A DNA stretch of 64,000 nucleotides from the human T2T-CHM13v2.0 reference genome, Homo sapiens: NCBI RefSeq assembly GCF_009914755.1, contig NC_060929.1; one strand, 5' to 3'. The number at the start of each line of letters is the position of its first letter. Positions within the stretch are counted from its first letter, which is position 1. The notes below the pieces were generated by a model. It did no database searches and was not told the origin of the DNA. It saw only the letters and a program-made list of their open reading frames with translations. Below, one piece after another: positions 12,228 to 26,080 of this stretch. The position numbers and the translations under genes are program-made.

Positions 12228-15175
12228 GTGGGCTAGCATCTGCATGGCTGTACAACACTTAAAAGCCACTGTTCTCCTGCAACTGGCACACAAATGTAAG
12301 GATTATAGAAATGAGGAAGGATGAAGGGGAGGAAGAACAGAAAAATCACAAGGGTAGTGGTGGGGAAGATTAGAGGTCCTAGCCTGCTATATTGTATTTG
12401 AGGGACATGAAAACAGGCAGAGTGAGGATGCGTCTCTGTGTACTGTTTTACGTGTGCTGGGCTTCAGAAATCAACATTACTGTGTTTAAGAGATAAATTA
12501 TACCAGCGGTGTGGCTAGGGTGGTGATCTCTGCCAATGTCAGGGAACTGGCTAGCAGCAGGAGGAATAGGCTATTAAGATCTGCAATGCTTTATGGTTCT
12601 GACTGTACAGGTTTCTGCACCAGGAAACACCAAAGCAGATGCTGGGGACTGGGGAAAGAAATATCAGTTCCTGAATAAACCTGTAAATATGACTGGGGCT
12701 GGTGCCATCTTATGTATTCTTACTGCACCCAGTGACCCAGGCCAATCTGGGAAAGAGCCTCATCCCTATCAATTAAGTTATTATTTCACCTGAAGCTCTG
12801 CTGCAAATGGCATAGCAGTTTTGTTGTGAACATAGGAAAATTACCCAATGAGGCACATGGTCTAGACAACTTGACTAGCCACAAATGATCCTGGATATGG
12901 TAACCTTGACTAACAGAGTCTGTTGCTATTGATTATTCTTTCTCAGAGCCTTTTGTTCTGAGATGGTGATTTTCAATTCAGAGCACCATTTCATATCATT
13001 CCTGAGATATTGGTACTACTCTTTGGCTTTCTTAGAACTGTACCCCTATCTGTCCTCAGGTGAACAAAGGCCCTAGTTTTAATGATGGCATCCATGTATA
13101 CACACAGAGAGACATGTAAAATGTTCATTATTCCTAATGGAACTACAGAAACTTAGAGAAATAAAGCATTACCTGCCATTTTCATGATCAACGTTTGCAA
13201 TAGAGTGCATAAATGCTTCGGTTTACAGAAATAGCTAGACCTTCCTGAACCCTCCCAGTGATTAATTAGAAAGCCTGTCTTACAGATTTTTCTCTCAGGT
13301 GTAGTAACCTTGTAGCCCTTACCATTAAGAACTAATAAATAAATGCTTGGTTAAGCATAAACAGGGTGATAGGCAGTGGAAGAGTGATGATCTTAGTTTT
13401 TATGCAATATGCTCACTCCGTCATTTTACCTTGGAGGACAAAATAAGATACAAAACTAAAAGTTGCAAAAGCAGCTACAGTGAGCAATGTGTTATTAACC
13501 ATTTAAAAAGTGTTAATATAGCCCTCACTGTGAATGATCATCTTTGTGATTGTATCACAATTAATTTTAAGAAATAAAAGTTCATGATTTCAGGAAAGCA
13601 TTTCCAATCTGCAATTAAACTGAGTAAAAACATCTAGTGGGTGAGGGACCAGATGTTTAAATTTACTTTTAAAAAAAGAAAAGGAAAAAGATTAGATCAT
13701 AGCTAAGTATTCACAATCAAATGGAAGACTGCCCATTTAACAGATACTCGAGTATCTGATTTGCACAGATATTGTAAATTACTCATCATATTAAATACAG
13801 CTCCTCATCTCCTTCCCATATATTTTATGCTAACAAACTTCTGTAACTGCTGATTCCTTCCATCATCCTCTCTTTTTAGATACACTTTGAGAAATAATAT
13901 GTCAAACTGGGAGCTTTGACAATCTTGAAATGATATCATAACCTTCAAAATTTCAGCTTCTATCATGAAAATGTTAACAAATAAAAATGTAAAGTTAACC
14001 CCATTATAGCTACGCAAACAGAATCCCACAACGTGACAGTATATTTAGAAAAAATATCAAACTGAATGACTATAAACAAACATTTGGGTAGATACATCTG
14101 TGAATAACTAATTCAGCTTAAAATTTTCTTTAGAGCAGTAACAGATTACAAAATCTAGGCCACAGTATATGGTCAAGTCATTAGTTTTTCTTATTGGGGA
14201 AATGGGAGTTATTCAAATAGAACAAATTTGTACTTCTTTGATAATTGCTAATTCAGTTAAGGATTTCCTTTAAACCAAAATAGTGACTTGTGACAAATAG
14301 CCAAATATATATTTAAGGCATTATAGTTTTGGCTGACATTTTTCTCTTTCAGAGTTCAAGTTCACATTAAAGTAGTTACCCAAGACAATGCCTTATACTT
14401 TGAATAGTTCCAAAATATAAAATTACCCATTACTTGGATAAGAGAGCCATGGATTATGTGTGAATGAGGAATAAGAGAGCTACCTAAAAATATCACCATT
14501 CGATTCTTTGTGAGTCCTTTTTCTGTTATACTAAGTTAGCATTGCATCCAAACAAATGGAAAAAACTAAAGACCATCAAGTTAAATTGTAAACTATTTAT
14601 GGAAAAATAAATTTCTTTAGCTTCCTTTGTAATTCCTTCAAAGATTAACAGTGTGCCACTGTGAGCATCTTGCATAAGCTGATTGAATGGTTTTACCTTT
14701 TATTTTTCCTTCAAGAGAAATGAAATGGAAGAATATACAAAAGACAGCATCAAAAATATACCTCATTTTTCTGGGTATTTAAAACTATTCTCTGACTAAA
14801 CTGTTCATATGACCTCCTCTCCTCTACAGGGGGCAGTTAATCATCACTCAAAAGTTCCCCATTCAGGAATAACTTCCATATCTGGTGAACATCTTTCCAG
14901 ACACCTGTAATACTAAGACAAAGGGATGGAAATGAAATATCTTTTAAAAATGGGACAATTTCATAGATGCTGCCTTTAATACCACATAGATAATCAAAGA
15001 AAAAAATGAAGTGAAAGAGAAAAATTGTTGGGAATTCAGAGAAACGTTTCTTCACTATGAGTTGGTAGAATTCCTTGAAAATTCCTCTAAATGTAATTTT
15101 TAAGACACCATGAAAGAACTGTAAGTGGCTGAAACATTAGTACTTAAAACAGCATCTTCTGAGAGCTGATTGTAA

Positions 15176-15650
<475 letters not shown>

Positions 15651-15659
15651 CAATCTTAG

Positions 15660-16700
15660 ATAATTTTATATAGTATTTTACTTTGATTCATCTCTTGCTT
15701 GTAATAATTATCATGGATGCCATAATCCCTAAGCTCTTACCTGCTTGAGAATGTTGTCTTTATATTTCGGATCATATTTTCTTGCCCTGGAAATGTTGCC
15801 ATAGACCCACTGCTATGTAGCCAGTGCTGCTCTGAAAAAGTGTAAGACGCACCTGATTTTCCCCTATTCCATGACTTGCTTTGTCAGCTAGGATGCCCAT
15901 ATAATTTTATCCTTAGAGAACAAAGAAACTGTATTAGCATATGTTTTAGCATTATTTTGTATTAAGGTTTTTTTTCCGATATAAAGGATGCTTGCACTAT
16001 ACAGATCAAATCTTTCTTCAGGAAAGTTTTCTTATGTGTTAGTTTTTTTGTTCCGTTATTTTCTTCAGAAATAGTAATTTTGTGATTGTTGGTTCTCCTT
16101 TTTCTCTCTGCCGCATCTATCATCTCTATAGTAATTTTTACATAGTTCTTTTAACCTAATTTGGTTTTTGAGGCTTATTTTCTTTGTCTTTATTTCTCAA
16201 TTCTAGCCTCTATGACTTTGTTTTGAAGAGCATATATTCTAATTTTTATTGCCTTTAATGAGGCTTTTATGTCTGTTATGATTTCCAGTTTCTCCTTCAT
16301 TTCTTTATGAGTTTTCCAGATCAATTTTCATCTTCCATTATTTCACTGTGTCACGTTTTTGAAGTCTTTTTAGATTGTTTTCTAGAGGCTGTGTTGTCTG
16401 TAATTCCTTAGAGACTCTGGAGAACTATTTTTTTGAATACTTTCTGTGTTTCTCTTGTGCCATTCCTCTTCAGATTATGTTCTTCATTTGCCTTTTGTTT
16501 ATAGTCCCTTTTTCCTTCAGGTTTTATGCATAGGTCAAAGTTGATTTCTTTTTGCTGATACAGTAAGCAGGATACCTTGTACAGGACAGATTGATTTTTA
16601 TTTGTTTATTTGTGCTCTGTGGGTTTTTCAAAGAAGACTGTATGTTTATTCTTATTATCTTCTTCAAAGGCTCTTCTAATTCTTGTATCATGAATATTAT
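15660..16700 (-). mobile_element. Ancient L1-type (L1ME/HAL1-like) fragment
   Basis: T-rich antisense L1 ORF1-like texture (cctgatttt, tcttcaggaaagttttctt); highly diverged. Confidence 0.45.
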
Positions 16701-18444
16701 GAGGTCAATGTTGAGAACCTTTAATCTAATGCCCACATATTTCTTACACATCAAAGGTTTCCTGAAACTCACACTATGGTTTCTTTTTATCTCTTTCCCT
16801 TTCTCAGTGCTTGTCTGTCACAATCCTTCAGTCTCTCCTATAAGGTCTCATCACTTTACATCAACCATTTATGGACTAACTTTTCCTTTCTTCCACCCTC
16901 AAGTGACATAAGATGTTTGCAAAAACGGTTTTAGGGCTTATATACACTGGGAATAGAGGAACTCGCGGAAGATCAAATCAATTCTATAGACAATACCACA
17001 TTGCTGTTCTTTTCTGGTTTGGGGAGGTGGAAAGCATATTTCCAAAACAGTATCATTTTTAGTTATTTATTTTGAAATGATTTTATGTTGTTATATAAGG
17101 AATTATGTTTCTTCTACTCTCCAATTCAGAAATTGAGCCAGCAATGTTCTTTTCTCCTAATTAGGTTTTAGTTATACCTAGGGGCTCCCTAGGTGCCCAT
17201 GGCCAGCAATTCTAATATAAATAAAAATGCAGTATCATACTCTGTTCTATTACAATCATCAACTGAGTTAAAGCAGAACCCACTGAGATGTCTACTAAAC
17301 AGTGAAGGAAACATTTATGAAATGTGTGGTCCCCAGAAAGCATTTTTTATACCAGTTCTAAAACAACCCCAGGTGTTGCAAAGAGGTAAGTTTACATATC
17401 ACCTTCTTTTTGAAAGAATCATTTCCCACACCTTCAGAACTTTTCCCAGCAGCCCTGTCCTGGTTCTAGTCTGCCAGAGATCTTTGGCACTCAAATAAAG
17501 TCAGAGGCACCTCCTCAATGCCTACTCCTCATCAAGAGTGTTTGTAATTGAAGACCAAGACAGATAAAGGACCATTCTTCTGACTAGAATAGGTTTAACT
17601 TAAATTAGCTTGAATTATTTTATTTTTTCAAGTGCATATTCTCAAGTATCCTGGCAACATTTCACGCATATGTTTCCGTGGTGTCTAAACACACAGCAAT
17701 ATCACAATAACACATAGGTAAAAAGGGGTTTTTAAAACAATTACAACATGGATTGAGCAGACCATACTACTTTCAAGAACCTGGATAAAACTGATAGGAT
17801 TTGCCCTGTATCTTTCAAATCTTTCTTGTGCTTCCAGAATACAGGGGGGCTCGCAGTCAAACACTTCTTTACCTTAAAGTCAGGCTGAACTTGTTCCTTA
17901 GGTTATGAAAAGCCAAACCATGGCTTCCATGCTTTATGCTATATTGGGATATAAGATATTAGTCTTAAGTTAGGCATAGTTGAACAATTGCCGAACTGTT
18001 CATTAATCATCATACAGAGCTATCAAATATTTTAGGGCATAAAGTTCCTGTGTTTTTGTTTTTTTAAGCCCATGAATATCTGAAATATTTATAAAACAAA
18101 TGGTTTAGAGTAGCATGCTGTAAGGTCATTTATTTTTTCCAGCAAATTAATACACTTTACATATCTGTTTCAACTGAAGACTTAGAATATCAACAAATAT
18201 TCTTTCAGGGAAAATATCATCAAAGCTAATAGAGAAAATATAAAGCAGAATAGTATTTGACAGACAAACTGTATATAAGTAAAACAAACAAATAAATAAA
18301 ATAACAGACCTCATTTATTTTTGCTCACAGGTAAACTCAGTCCAAGATGCTAATGAGAATTCTGAGCATAAAGCAAGGGAGAACACTTACCTCCCTGACT
18401 GACTTAAAAGCATAAAGCTTAGGTTTGAATTAACTAACATCTAT

Positions 18445-18900
18445 TATTCAACAATTCAATTCCACAAACATTTACTGTACATATAATATGAGGCAATGAG
18501 TTAGATGCTATGAGATGTTAACAGACATACCAGACATGAGCCTCACAGAGTGAACCATCTTTGGGAGATAAAGCACATATACAGGTAACTGCAATGAAAG
18601 GCAAGGTGGCAATGCTAGAAAACACACAAACAAAAGGCTAAGACAGCACAGAGGCCAGAATATTAACATCTAGCTGAGAGTTACAGAGAAGGCTTCATGT
18701 GGGAGTGAGCATTTGAGCTGACTCTTAGAGGATGGGAAAGATGGAGCTGGGGCTGGAGATTGGGGAGGAATTCTAGATGAAGGGCACAGCATGATCAAAG
18801 GCATGGAAATGTGAACGTATTAGAGTGTTTGTGAACAAATGGAGCATAGCTTGTCCAAGAGGGAGATGTGTTAGACAGTGCTGGAAAGAAGCAAGTGTTT
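18445..18900 (-). mobile_element. L2 3' end
   Basis: attcaacaattcaattccacaaacatttactg...agagaaggcttc...tttgagctg...agggcacagcatgatcaaaggcatgga. Confidence 0.8.
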
Positions 18901-18939
18901 GAACTTGAAAACGGGCCAGGGCTTATTCATACAAGAATA

Positions 18940-19126
18940 GGTAGTTTTCAAGTTTTTCTGTACATTCAGAATCACTCTGGGGATCCTATTAAAATTCTAG
19001 TTCTCAGGCCCATCCCAAAAATTTGTATGCAGTAGGTCTGAGGGATATTGGTCTGTGCATTTACATTTTCAGTGAGTGCTCTAGATCATTTTGATGTTTG
19101 TGGTCCACAGACCAAACTTTAAGAAA
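18940..19126. mobile_element. MER5-type hAT-Charlie MITE
   Basis: cagaatcactctgggga...caggcccatccc...cagtaggtctg...ggtccacagaccaaacttt. Confidence 0.75.
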
Positions 19127-22100
19127 AAACCCATGTGGGGCTTGGAAAGGAATTCTTCAGGATTTAAATTTTATAATTTTAGGTAATGGAAGTTTTCATG
19201 TTTTTGCTCAGTGAAAATTCGGTCAGTTTCAGTAACTCTGACTGTTTGAATTTGTTTATTGCATTAAATGTTTTTTATAACATGAAAACAGACAATGAGC
19301 TTTTTAAAGAAAACCATACTGATAAAATATAATCATAGAAACACACATAACACATACACACACCCCTGAATAGTCCAGATTCTAGAAATCTCTATTCTAC
19401 CAAAAACAGTGTTCAGAAAATGAACCATGCAAGTCTAAAAATTCTGTAGTTTGCAATGTTGGTATTCATAAGCAGGGTGAGACATCAAATGCTTTGCACA
19501 TCAGTAGGTCCGGTAGAAAAGAAATTTAAATAAGAGACGAACTATGCTGTGGGGCGGTAAGGAGGACTTACATGTAGCTGACCTGTCAGTGTTAAGTTGA
19601 AAAGGGTTGTGCTCATGCTTGCATAACTTTTTATGCTGCTTTTACTAATTAACATGTGTAAAAATGTTAGGAAAATTTTCAGTAGGGTAATGCCTTTCTT
19701 TACCTGTTTATAATTTATTTTTCTTCTAAGCTTTTTTAATGGTGGCTAGAATCCTGCAGTAGACATCACATACTTGATTTTTTTGACAGCATTGCCACAT
19801 TTTCATCCTTTTGGTGTTTCTTAATTTCAAACTCTGCATTTTGACAGCTCAACCCTGTTGATTAATGTCTTCTAGGAATCCCTATATGGCCTGCCTGTTA
19901 GTGATCTAATTTTGTGCTGGAATGCCTGGGCTGGTATGTTGAACCGATTCACCACCCAGGTGGCTACATTTGGACTAAATGAGCTGTGAAGGGTTTCATC
20001 TTTGCCCATCACAGTCTTCCTTCGCAGAGCCCCACAGTATGCAGCCACTGCTTCGACATGATTTGTCACAACCCATCAATAGAAAATAAATTATTGCCAT
20101 TCTCACTTGTCAATGGGCTTGTCTTCACTTCAGCTGGCCTAATGATTGGAAGCTCAAAGGGAACATTTCCCATCTTTGTGGAGCATGATTATGACCGAAC
20201 GCACTGCTCCCCTATGCATCTTGGCCAGTAAAAACACGTAGGGAAGGCAAATTAATTGGCTGTTTTGCGCCAGTGATTAGAACATTACACTGAAGTCTGC
20301 AGCAGAAACTGGTATTAGGCAAGCAAGATTAGGTCGGTTCTGACTTTTATTTGCTTAGTGCAACATGATTAGCAACTGCTTCATTCAAGGCTAGTGCACT
20401 TGCTGCTGCAGAAGAAAATCCTTATAACATAATGATGCTGCATACCTTTAAGCTGATAAGCATGTTCCAGGCAAAAATCAAAATCTCTTTGGGAAGGAAG
20501 CAAATGAGGAAATGTAACAGTGAACTCATCAAATGGCTTTAGAGTCATTCTTATGTCTGGCACTTTTGAAAATTATATTCTTAGGAAACCGGCTCTGCAA
20601 GCTATATTTGCAGAATATAGAGGTGGTAATTGTGTCAGTTCAGGAGACAAAGAATAAAAGGACCCAAGGAGCAATAAGAAGTAGAAGGTTACACCTTTCA
20701 ATGAACTAACTAAAAATGAGCTTGCTTTAAAAGAAACAGAAAATTCTTTTTTTACAAACTACAGAAAGAGCTAGAAGAGCAAAAGATACAATGGCATCAA
20801 GTCAGACCTCATAATTAAATACAGAGATGCAATAGATCAAAGAAGAAACTGTATTAAAAAATTAGGTCTAGGGTGTGGATTTAGTTTCCTTGTTAACAGC
20901 TTTGCCTGGAGTATAATGACACGAGGCTTTATCTAACAGAATAATAAACAAAGATGTAGTGTACAAGTAAAAGAATGCCTGACACTTTAATTATTTTAAA
21001 CATGATAGTGTTTTAGATTTTGGCCATGTCTCCAAAACTAAGCAATTTTTATTATTGCCCCATCTTGTCTACCACTACCCAGGAATAAGAGAGACAAAAA
21101 TACTATCAACAAAGATCAAAATCTGAGTTCCTGGCTTATATTTTCTCTGGCCTTCTCAGTGGATTATTTTTCCAACTCTTTGTCTGTTCTTTAGTCCAGA
21201 GATGTCTCAAGAATACAACTAAAACTTAAAATGATATACAGTTTAGAAACACTATTAGTGTAGTTTCATGTTCATTTAATTTAGCTTGGGTTTCACCTGT
21301 GCCACAAAGAATGACACCTTTAGTTTAAGAACACTAAACTGCCCCTTCTTGGTACCAATAACTCAGATGCATGGAAGTTTCTCCACATGTTATAGACATT
21401 TTGGTTTACAAACTCTTTGTGGTTTTATTCCTCTCCCCTTCAAATGAGTGACTATCTTCTGGTGTTTAGAAACATAGGGTTATTAGGCTCCCAAGTCACC
21501 CCTTTGGTATCTGGATTAGGGTCTCATGTTATCACGCTGATTCCTTCCTTCACATGGTCAGTGTTCCTTGCTCTAGGAAGCCTTCCCTGAACAAGGCCTT
21601 ATTTGCCCCCATCCTGGACTGTATTTCCAGCTTCCTCTATTAAAACACGCTAGATCTTTTACTTCTCCTTCTCATTCTTGTCTTGGATTATTAAAGTAAG
21701 ATCTATCTTCCGTATACTTTGTCCACTATCTTGAGTCCTACCTGTAACTCATTTTTTCTCTTATCTGTGTATTTTGCCCTTTTTTTGTAGTTTGCAGACC
21801 CTGTTCCCTACTGGATGTTATCTGCATCTGATCATATTGGATCCAAGTGAACATTCTTCATTTTATTTAACTCCAGGATCATCATATTTTCTTACAGAGC
21901 ATATCCCTAACTATGTTCTCAGATATAACTAGGTATTTTATATATACGTACATGAATACAAATTGATGCCTTTTAGAAATTATGTGCCCATACCTGAATA
22001 AACACTGGCAAGTTAAGTGAGAGATTATCTGATATATATGAATACACGATGTTACTCTTCATTAATACATAGGTGGAATTTGCTAGCCAATGGCTGCCTT

Positions 22101-22540
22101 AATCTATGCTATTTATTCAATGATTGCTATTAATAGTAAAATTATTGTATGATTTCAACATATACTTGTGATACTTAGTACTTATTAGATAGTAAGGATT
22201 TATACGATAAACATTTGTCCCCCATGGATTTGTGCCTGAAAGAAGAAATATTTTAAACGCAAAGTAATCTTGTGTTTCTCCAACTTTTCCCAAACAAATA
22301 AGCAAAACGATCGAATTCTTCAAAGTGAAAATAAACACTCTTGTTTCATACAGTTTTGTTTATATATTGCCCATAATCAGATTTATGGAAAATGTTCAAT
22401 GTCAAGACTGGAAAATAGCGTCTTACACAGCCACTGTATCAAGGTTTTACAACATACATGTAAACATTTAGGAGACAACTTCATCAAGAAACGTGAAGAG
22501 TCTGAGATTTTTCCCTTGCTTTTAAGCTAACGAGATAGCC

Positions 22541-22980
22541 TGCTAAGGTTTCATAAATGCTAGCAGGAGACATGAGGCTATTAGGAGACAGGCAAAGACC
22601 TTAATTACTCATGGGACTATGGGCAACATAAGCTCCACATTTACACTGGATACCCTTGGTCACCCCACTCCCAAGTCTCACAGGAGGAATACAGAGTGGC
22701 CCAAGTGGATGCTGCATGTATAGTGAATTTGTGTCATAGCTAAGGAACCTCAGTTTGGGAAATCCAATCTTATTAGGGGGCTGCTAGCAAACCAGCCCAA
22801 CCTTTGCCCAGGAAGGAGTCATTATCTTTATTATCCCAGTAGAGAAACAAATCTGCTTTCTACCCTGAGGGACTCACTATCTTGAGGCTGTCTGCTATGC
22901 AGAGCTCTTTGAACAGATAGTCTGGGACAAAAGCCATCACAAGACATGTAAAAATGCCATGGAGAACTACCACCTTAACA
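22541..22980 (-). mobile_element. LTR40-like ERVL solo LTR
   Basis: tg...aca termini; reverse complement tgttaaggtggtagttctccatggc...ccagactatctgttcaaag...acagcctcaagatag resembles LTR40. Confidence 0.7.
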
Positions 22981-23019
22981 AAGTTTTAAATAATATGAAT
23001 CATATTAATTATTAAGAAT

Positions 23020-23200
23020 ACTTATATGATCCAGATTACTGTATAAAATACATTATGTACATTATCTCATTTAATTCTATCAATAGCTCTATGAAATAGG
23101 TAATATCATCCCCATTTCATAGATAAGGAAATTGAGGCACTCTAAGATAAGTAACTTGACCAAAGACTTAGGATTGTAACCCCTGTTTGTTTGACTCTTG
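23020..23200 (-). mobile_element. MIR SINE
   Basis: tctcatttaattct...atccccatttcatagataaggaaattgaggcac. Confidence 0.85.
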
Positions 23201-23229
23201 GGTGTTTCACAGGCTCTCTCCCCACAAAA

Positions 23230-24270
23230 GGATTTTTCTCTGGTGTTCTCCATCTCAATGAATGACAGCATTCATCTAGTGGCCATAGGAGAAATTTGGG
23301 CATCATGATTTTCCTTTTTCTCTGGTTTCATAAACCTCCAAGTCCTATTGATATTATCTACTATATAATAAATATCTCTTGAATGAGTCCTTTCTCTTGG
23401 TAATATAAGTTAGACTACCATTATCTCTGGCTAGAATGGCTGCAACAGTGACTTCCAAATTGGTATTGCAGTCTCCTATTCCACCCACCTAATACTACCT
23501 CTTTTAGCTAGAATCAGCTCTCTACAAAGCAATCTGATGACATTATTTTACTATCTAAAACCTTTCAATGATTCTCCATATATTTATCCTCAGGTTAAAT
23601 ATAAATTCCTTGAACAGCCCACAAAAGGCCTTTATGATGGGACCCAGACTCTCATCTTTTATCTACTTAGCCCTTCGACTTTGACTTCCCACCACAGACA
23701 ACATTGTTTATGTCTGTGAAAGTCACATTCTTACTCACCTTGAGTGATACAGGTGCTGTTTTCCAGTTTGGAATATTATTTCCATCTTCACCTTCACATC
23801 TCTGCCCCTTCCCTCTAGCCTGGCCTGGCCAACTCCTATTAAGATGTCATTCCCACTGTGAAGTTTGCTGTTGCTCCTAATCTGCATGGAGTGCCCTTTC
23901 TCTTGTTCCAGGAAGCACCTGTACTTCTCTGATCATGGCACGTAACATGCTGGACTGTAACTGCTTTGTTATCTGTCCATGCACACTACTTTAGACTCCA
24001 GGATGATAGGAACTGTGTCTTATTTACCATTTTATTTAAAATGCCAAAGTACCTAGCACACATCACATTCACAATGATTTATTTTTATTTTCATTTTTTA
24101 GAGATGGAGTCTTGCTAGGTTGGCCAGCTGGTCTCAAACTCCTGGCGTCAAGGGATCCACCTGCATCAGCCTCCCAAAATGCTAGGATTACAGGCATGAA
24201 CCACTGCACCCGGCCCTGGATAATTTTTTAATTAGTACATGGGTATATGCATAAATGAGTAAATGAGTAG
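23230..24270 (+). mobile_element. L2 3' region, interrupted by a FLAM
   Basis: L2 motifs (catctcaatgaatgaca, aaacctttcaatgattctcca, tacctagcaca) and an L2-like tail (aaatgagtaaatgag). Confidence 0.75.
24077..24214 (-). mobile_element. Free left Alu monomer (FLAM-like)
   Basis: Single left monomer: agagatggagtcttgct...ctcccaaaatgctaggattacaggcatgaaccactgcacccggcc. Confidence 0.85.
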
Positions 24271-25719
24271 ACAGAAAATGTTTCCTATATTTTTCCCTGC
24301 AATTAGTGTGCTGCATGGAAAAGAGGATCTCTATAAAGATCATACCCTTCCTTCCTTTATCAAGTAATTGGACAAATATTCATTTTAAAGGAAATAAAAA
24401 TAAAACCCTCAAAAAATAACCAAAAGGAACCCCTTTTAAATAGACTTATTCATTGAGGCAAACCAATGATATAAGAGAAGTTTCTTTTCATTTTACCCTT
24501 GTCTCACTTCCACATCCTCTCCTGATGGTAGCATCACCCTTCCCTTCCCCCAATACCTGAAGTGTTCGACTGACTTTAGTTGCTCTGAGCCCTCCACTCT
24601 AGTGGCCCCAGGGCTTGTACTCTCTGGGAAACTCCTCGGTCCTGGGCCATCTTTATTCTTGCCTCAATCAAACCAAATTTCTTCCTACCCTCCTTGTAAA
24701 TATAACCCTGTCTGATGTCTTCATGGCTCCTAGTGGCTTAAGAAATTATTTTAGCATTTTAGAAGTTAAAATGCCTCAATTCAATTGAAAGGCAGAGAAT
24801 AATAAGTACTTGAGTAACTGTGACCAGTTACTGAGCTTTAAGACACCCTTCAAATCATATTGCCCAGGCAAACTCTTTTCTCTACGTTCATGTGAGGGCC
24901 TAGCCTGAGTTTTGAGGAAAAAACAACCAACAAACAAACAACAAAACAAAATAAGAAAAAATAGACAACACTGAAATATTTTGAATTATACACATGAAAT
25001 GCAACATTTGGTCAAGATGAGGATAATCTAAATCAAAATATTAAAGTGACATTAACTTGCTTCCTATTCATATTCATTAATGAAATACAGCAGCCAAGTT
25101 TTTTTAAAGACAAGAGAAGAAAAGTGAAAGTTTCAGAGGGGTGGCTTTGGAAGTTGCCAGAAAGTGCCAGGTGACAAGTGTTCAGGGGATCAGACAACAA
25201 GATGGAATGATGGTCAAGGAAAAGGAAAAGAAGGCTCAAAAAATGGCAATCAAGAGAAGATAAAGGCAGAGTGGAAAATAAATCTGAATCTATTACTAAA
25301 GGAAAGCAGAAGCTAATGAAAGTAGTAAAAATAAAAGATGGACCAAGTGTGCATAATGCAGAAATGTCCATCTGGCAGGTACGTTGCACATAGGCCAGAG
25401 GAGAAACCAACATGAGAAACACATCAGGGCAAAGAAAAGGCCAATGGGTGGGAATGGAGAAAAGGGATTCAACAGAACAAAGATTTGGCCTTAGGCTTAG
25501 TGTGGGAGTTGTGAAGAGTTAAAAATATTTTTTTCAAATTGATAAATTCAAATATTGACAAACAATGTAGAAATATGGTTTTGTTTGGAGATAAATATGA
25601 GGTGAAGATGGAAAGAAAGATTGAGGAATAGAAGTCTGTTCTCTTTTATTACTGAAAATCTCATTTGCCTAAGTAGTCTACTTGCTTTCTGTATTTCTCT
25701 CTTCCCCTTTTCCCTTTTT

Positions 25720-26080
25720 AATCTTAATCTAACTTGGCCTCGCTGGGACTTAAACTGGTGAATGGTTCTTCTTTCCTGAAAAACTTTCCTCCCTTGATTC
25801 CTCGCACTCTTCTCTCCTGGTTGCCCTCCTACTCTTAGCTCCTCCTCCATCTGTCTCTAGCCCTCTCCTCTTAACACTACAAACCCATCCTTGGCCATCT
25901 CATAACCTTGCATCTCGTAAACCCCTAAGCATCCCTGAGGACTCTCATGACCAGACTTCCCTGATAAGCTCCGAATCCATATTTGTTATTCTAGACAATT
26001 TCACCACGATGAACTCCTGGCACTTCAGATTCAGTGTTCATACTAGTACTTATTATCTCACTGCCCCACTTCCTCTTCCT
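25720..26080 (+). mobile_element. L2 fragment
   Basis: ctctcctggttgccctcctactct..., ggcacttcagattca. Confidence 0.6.
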
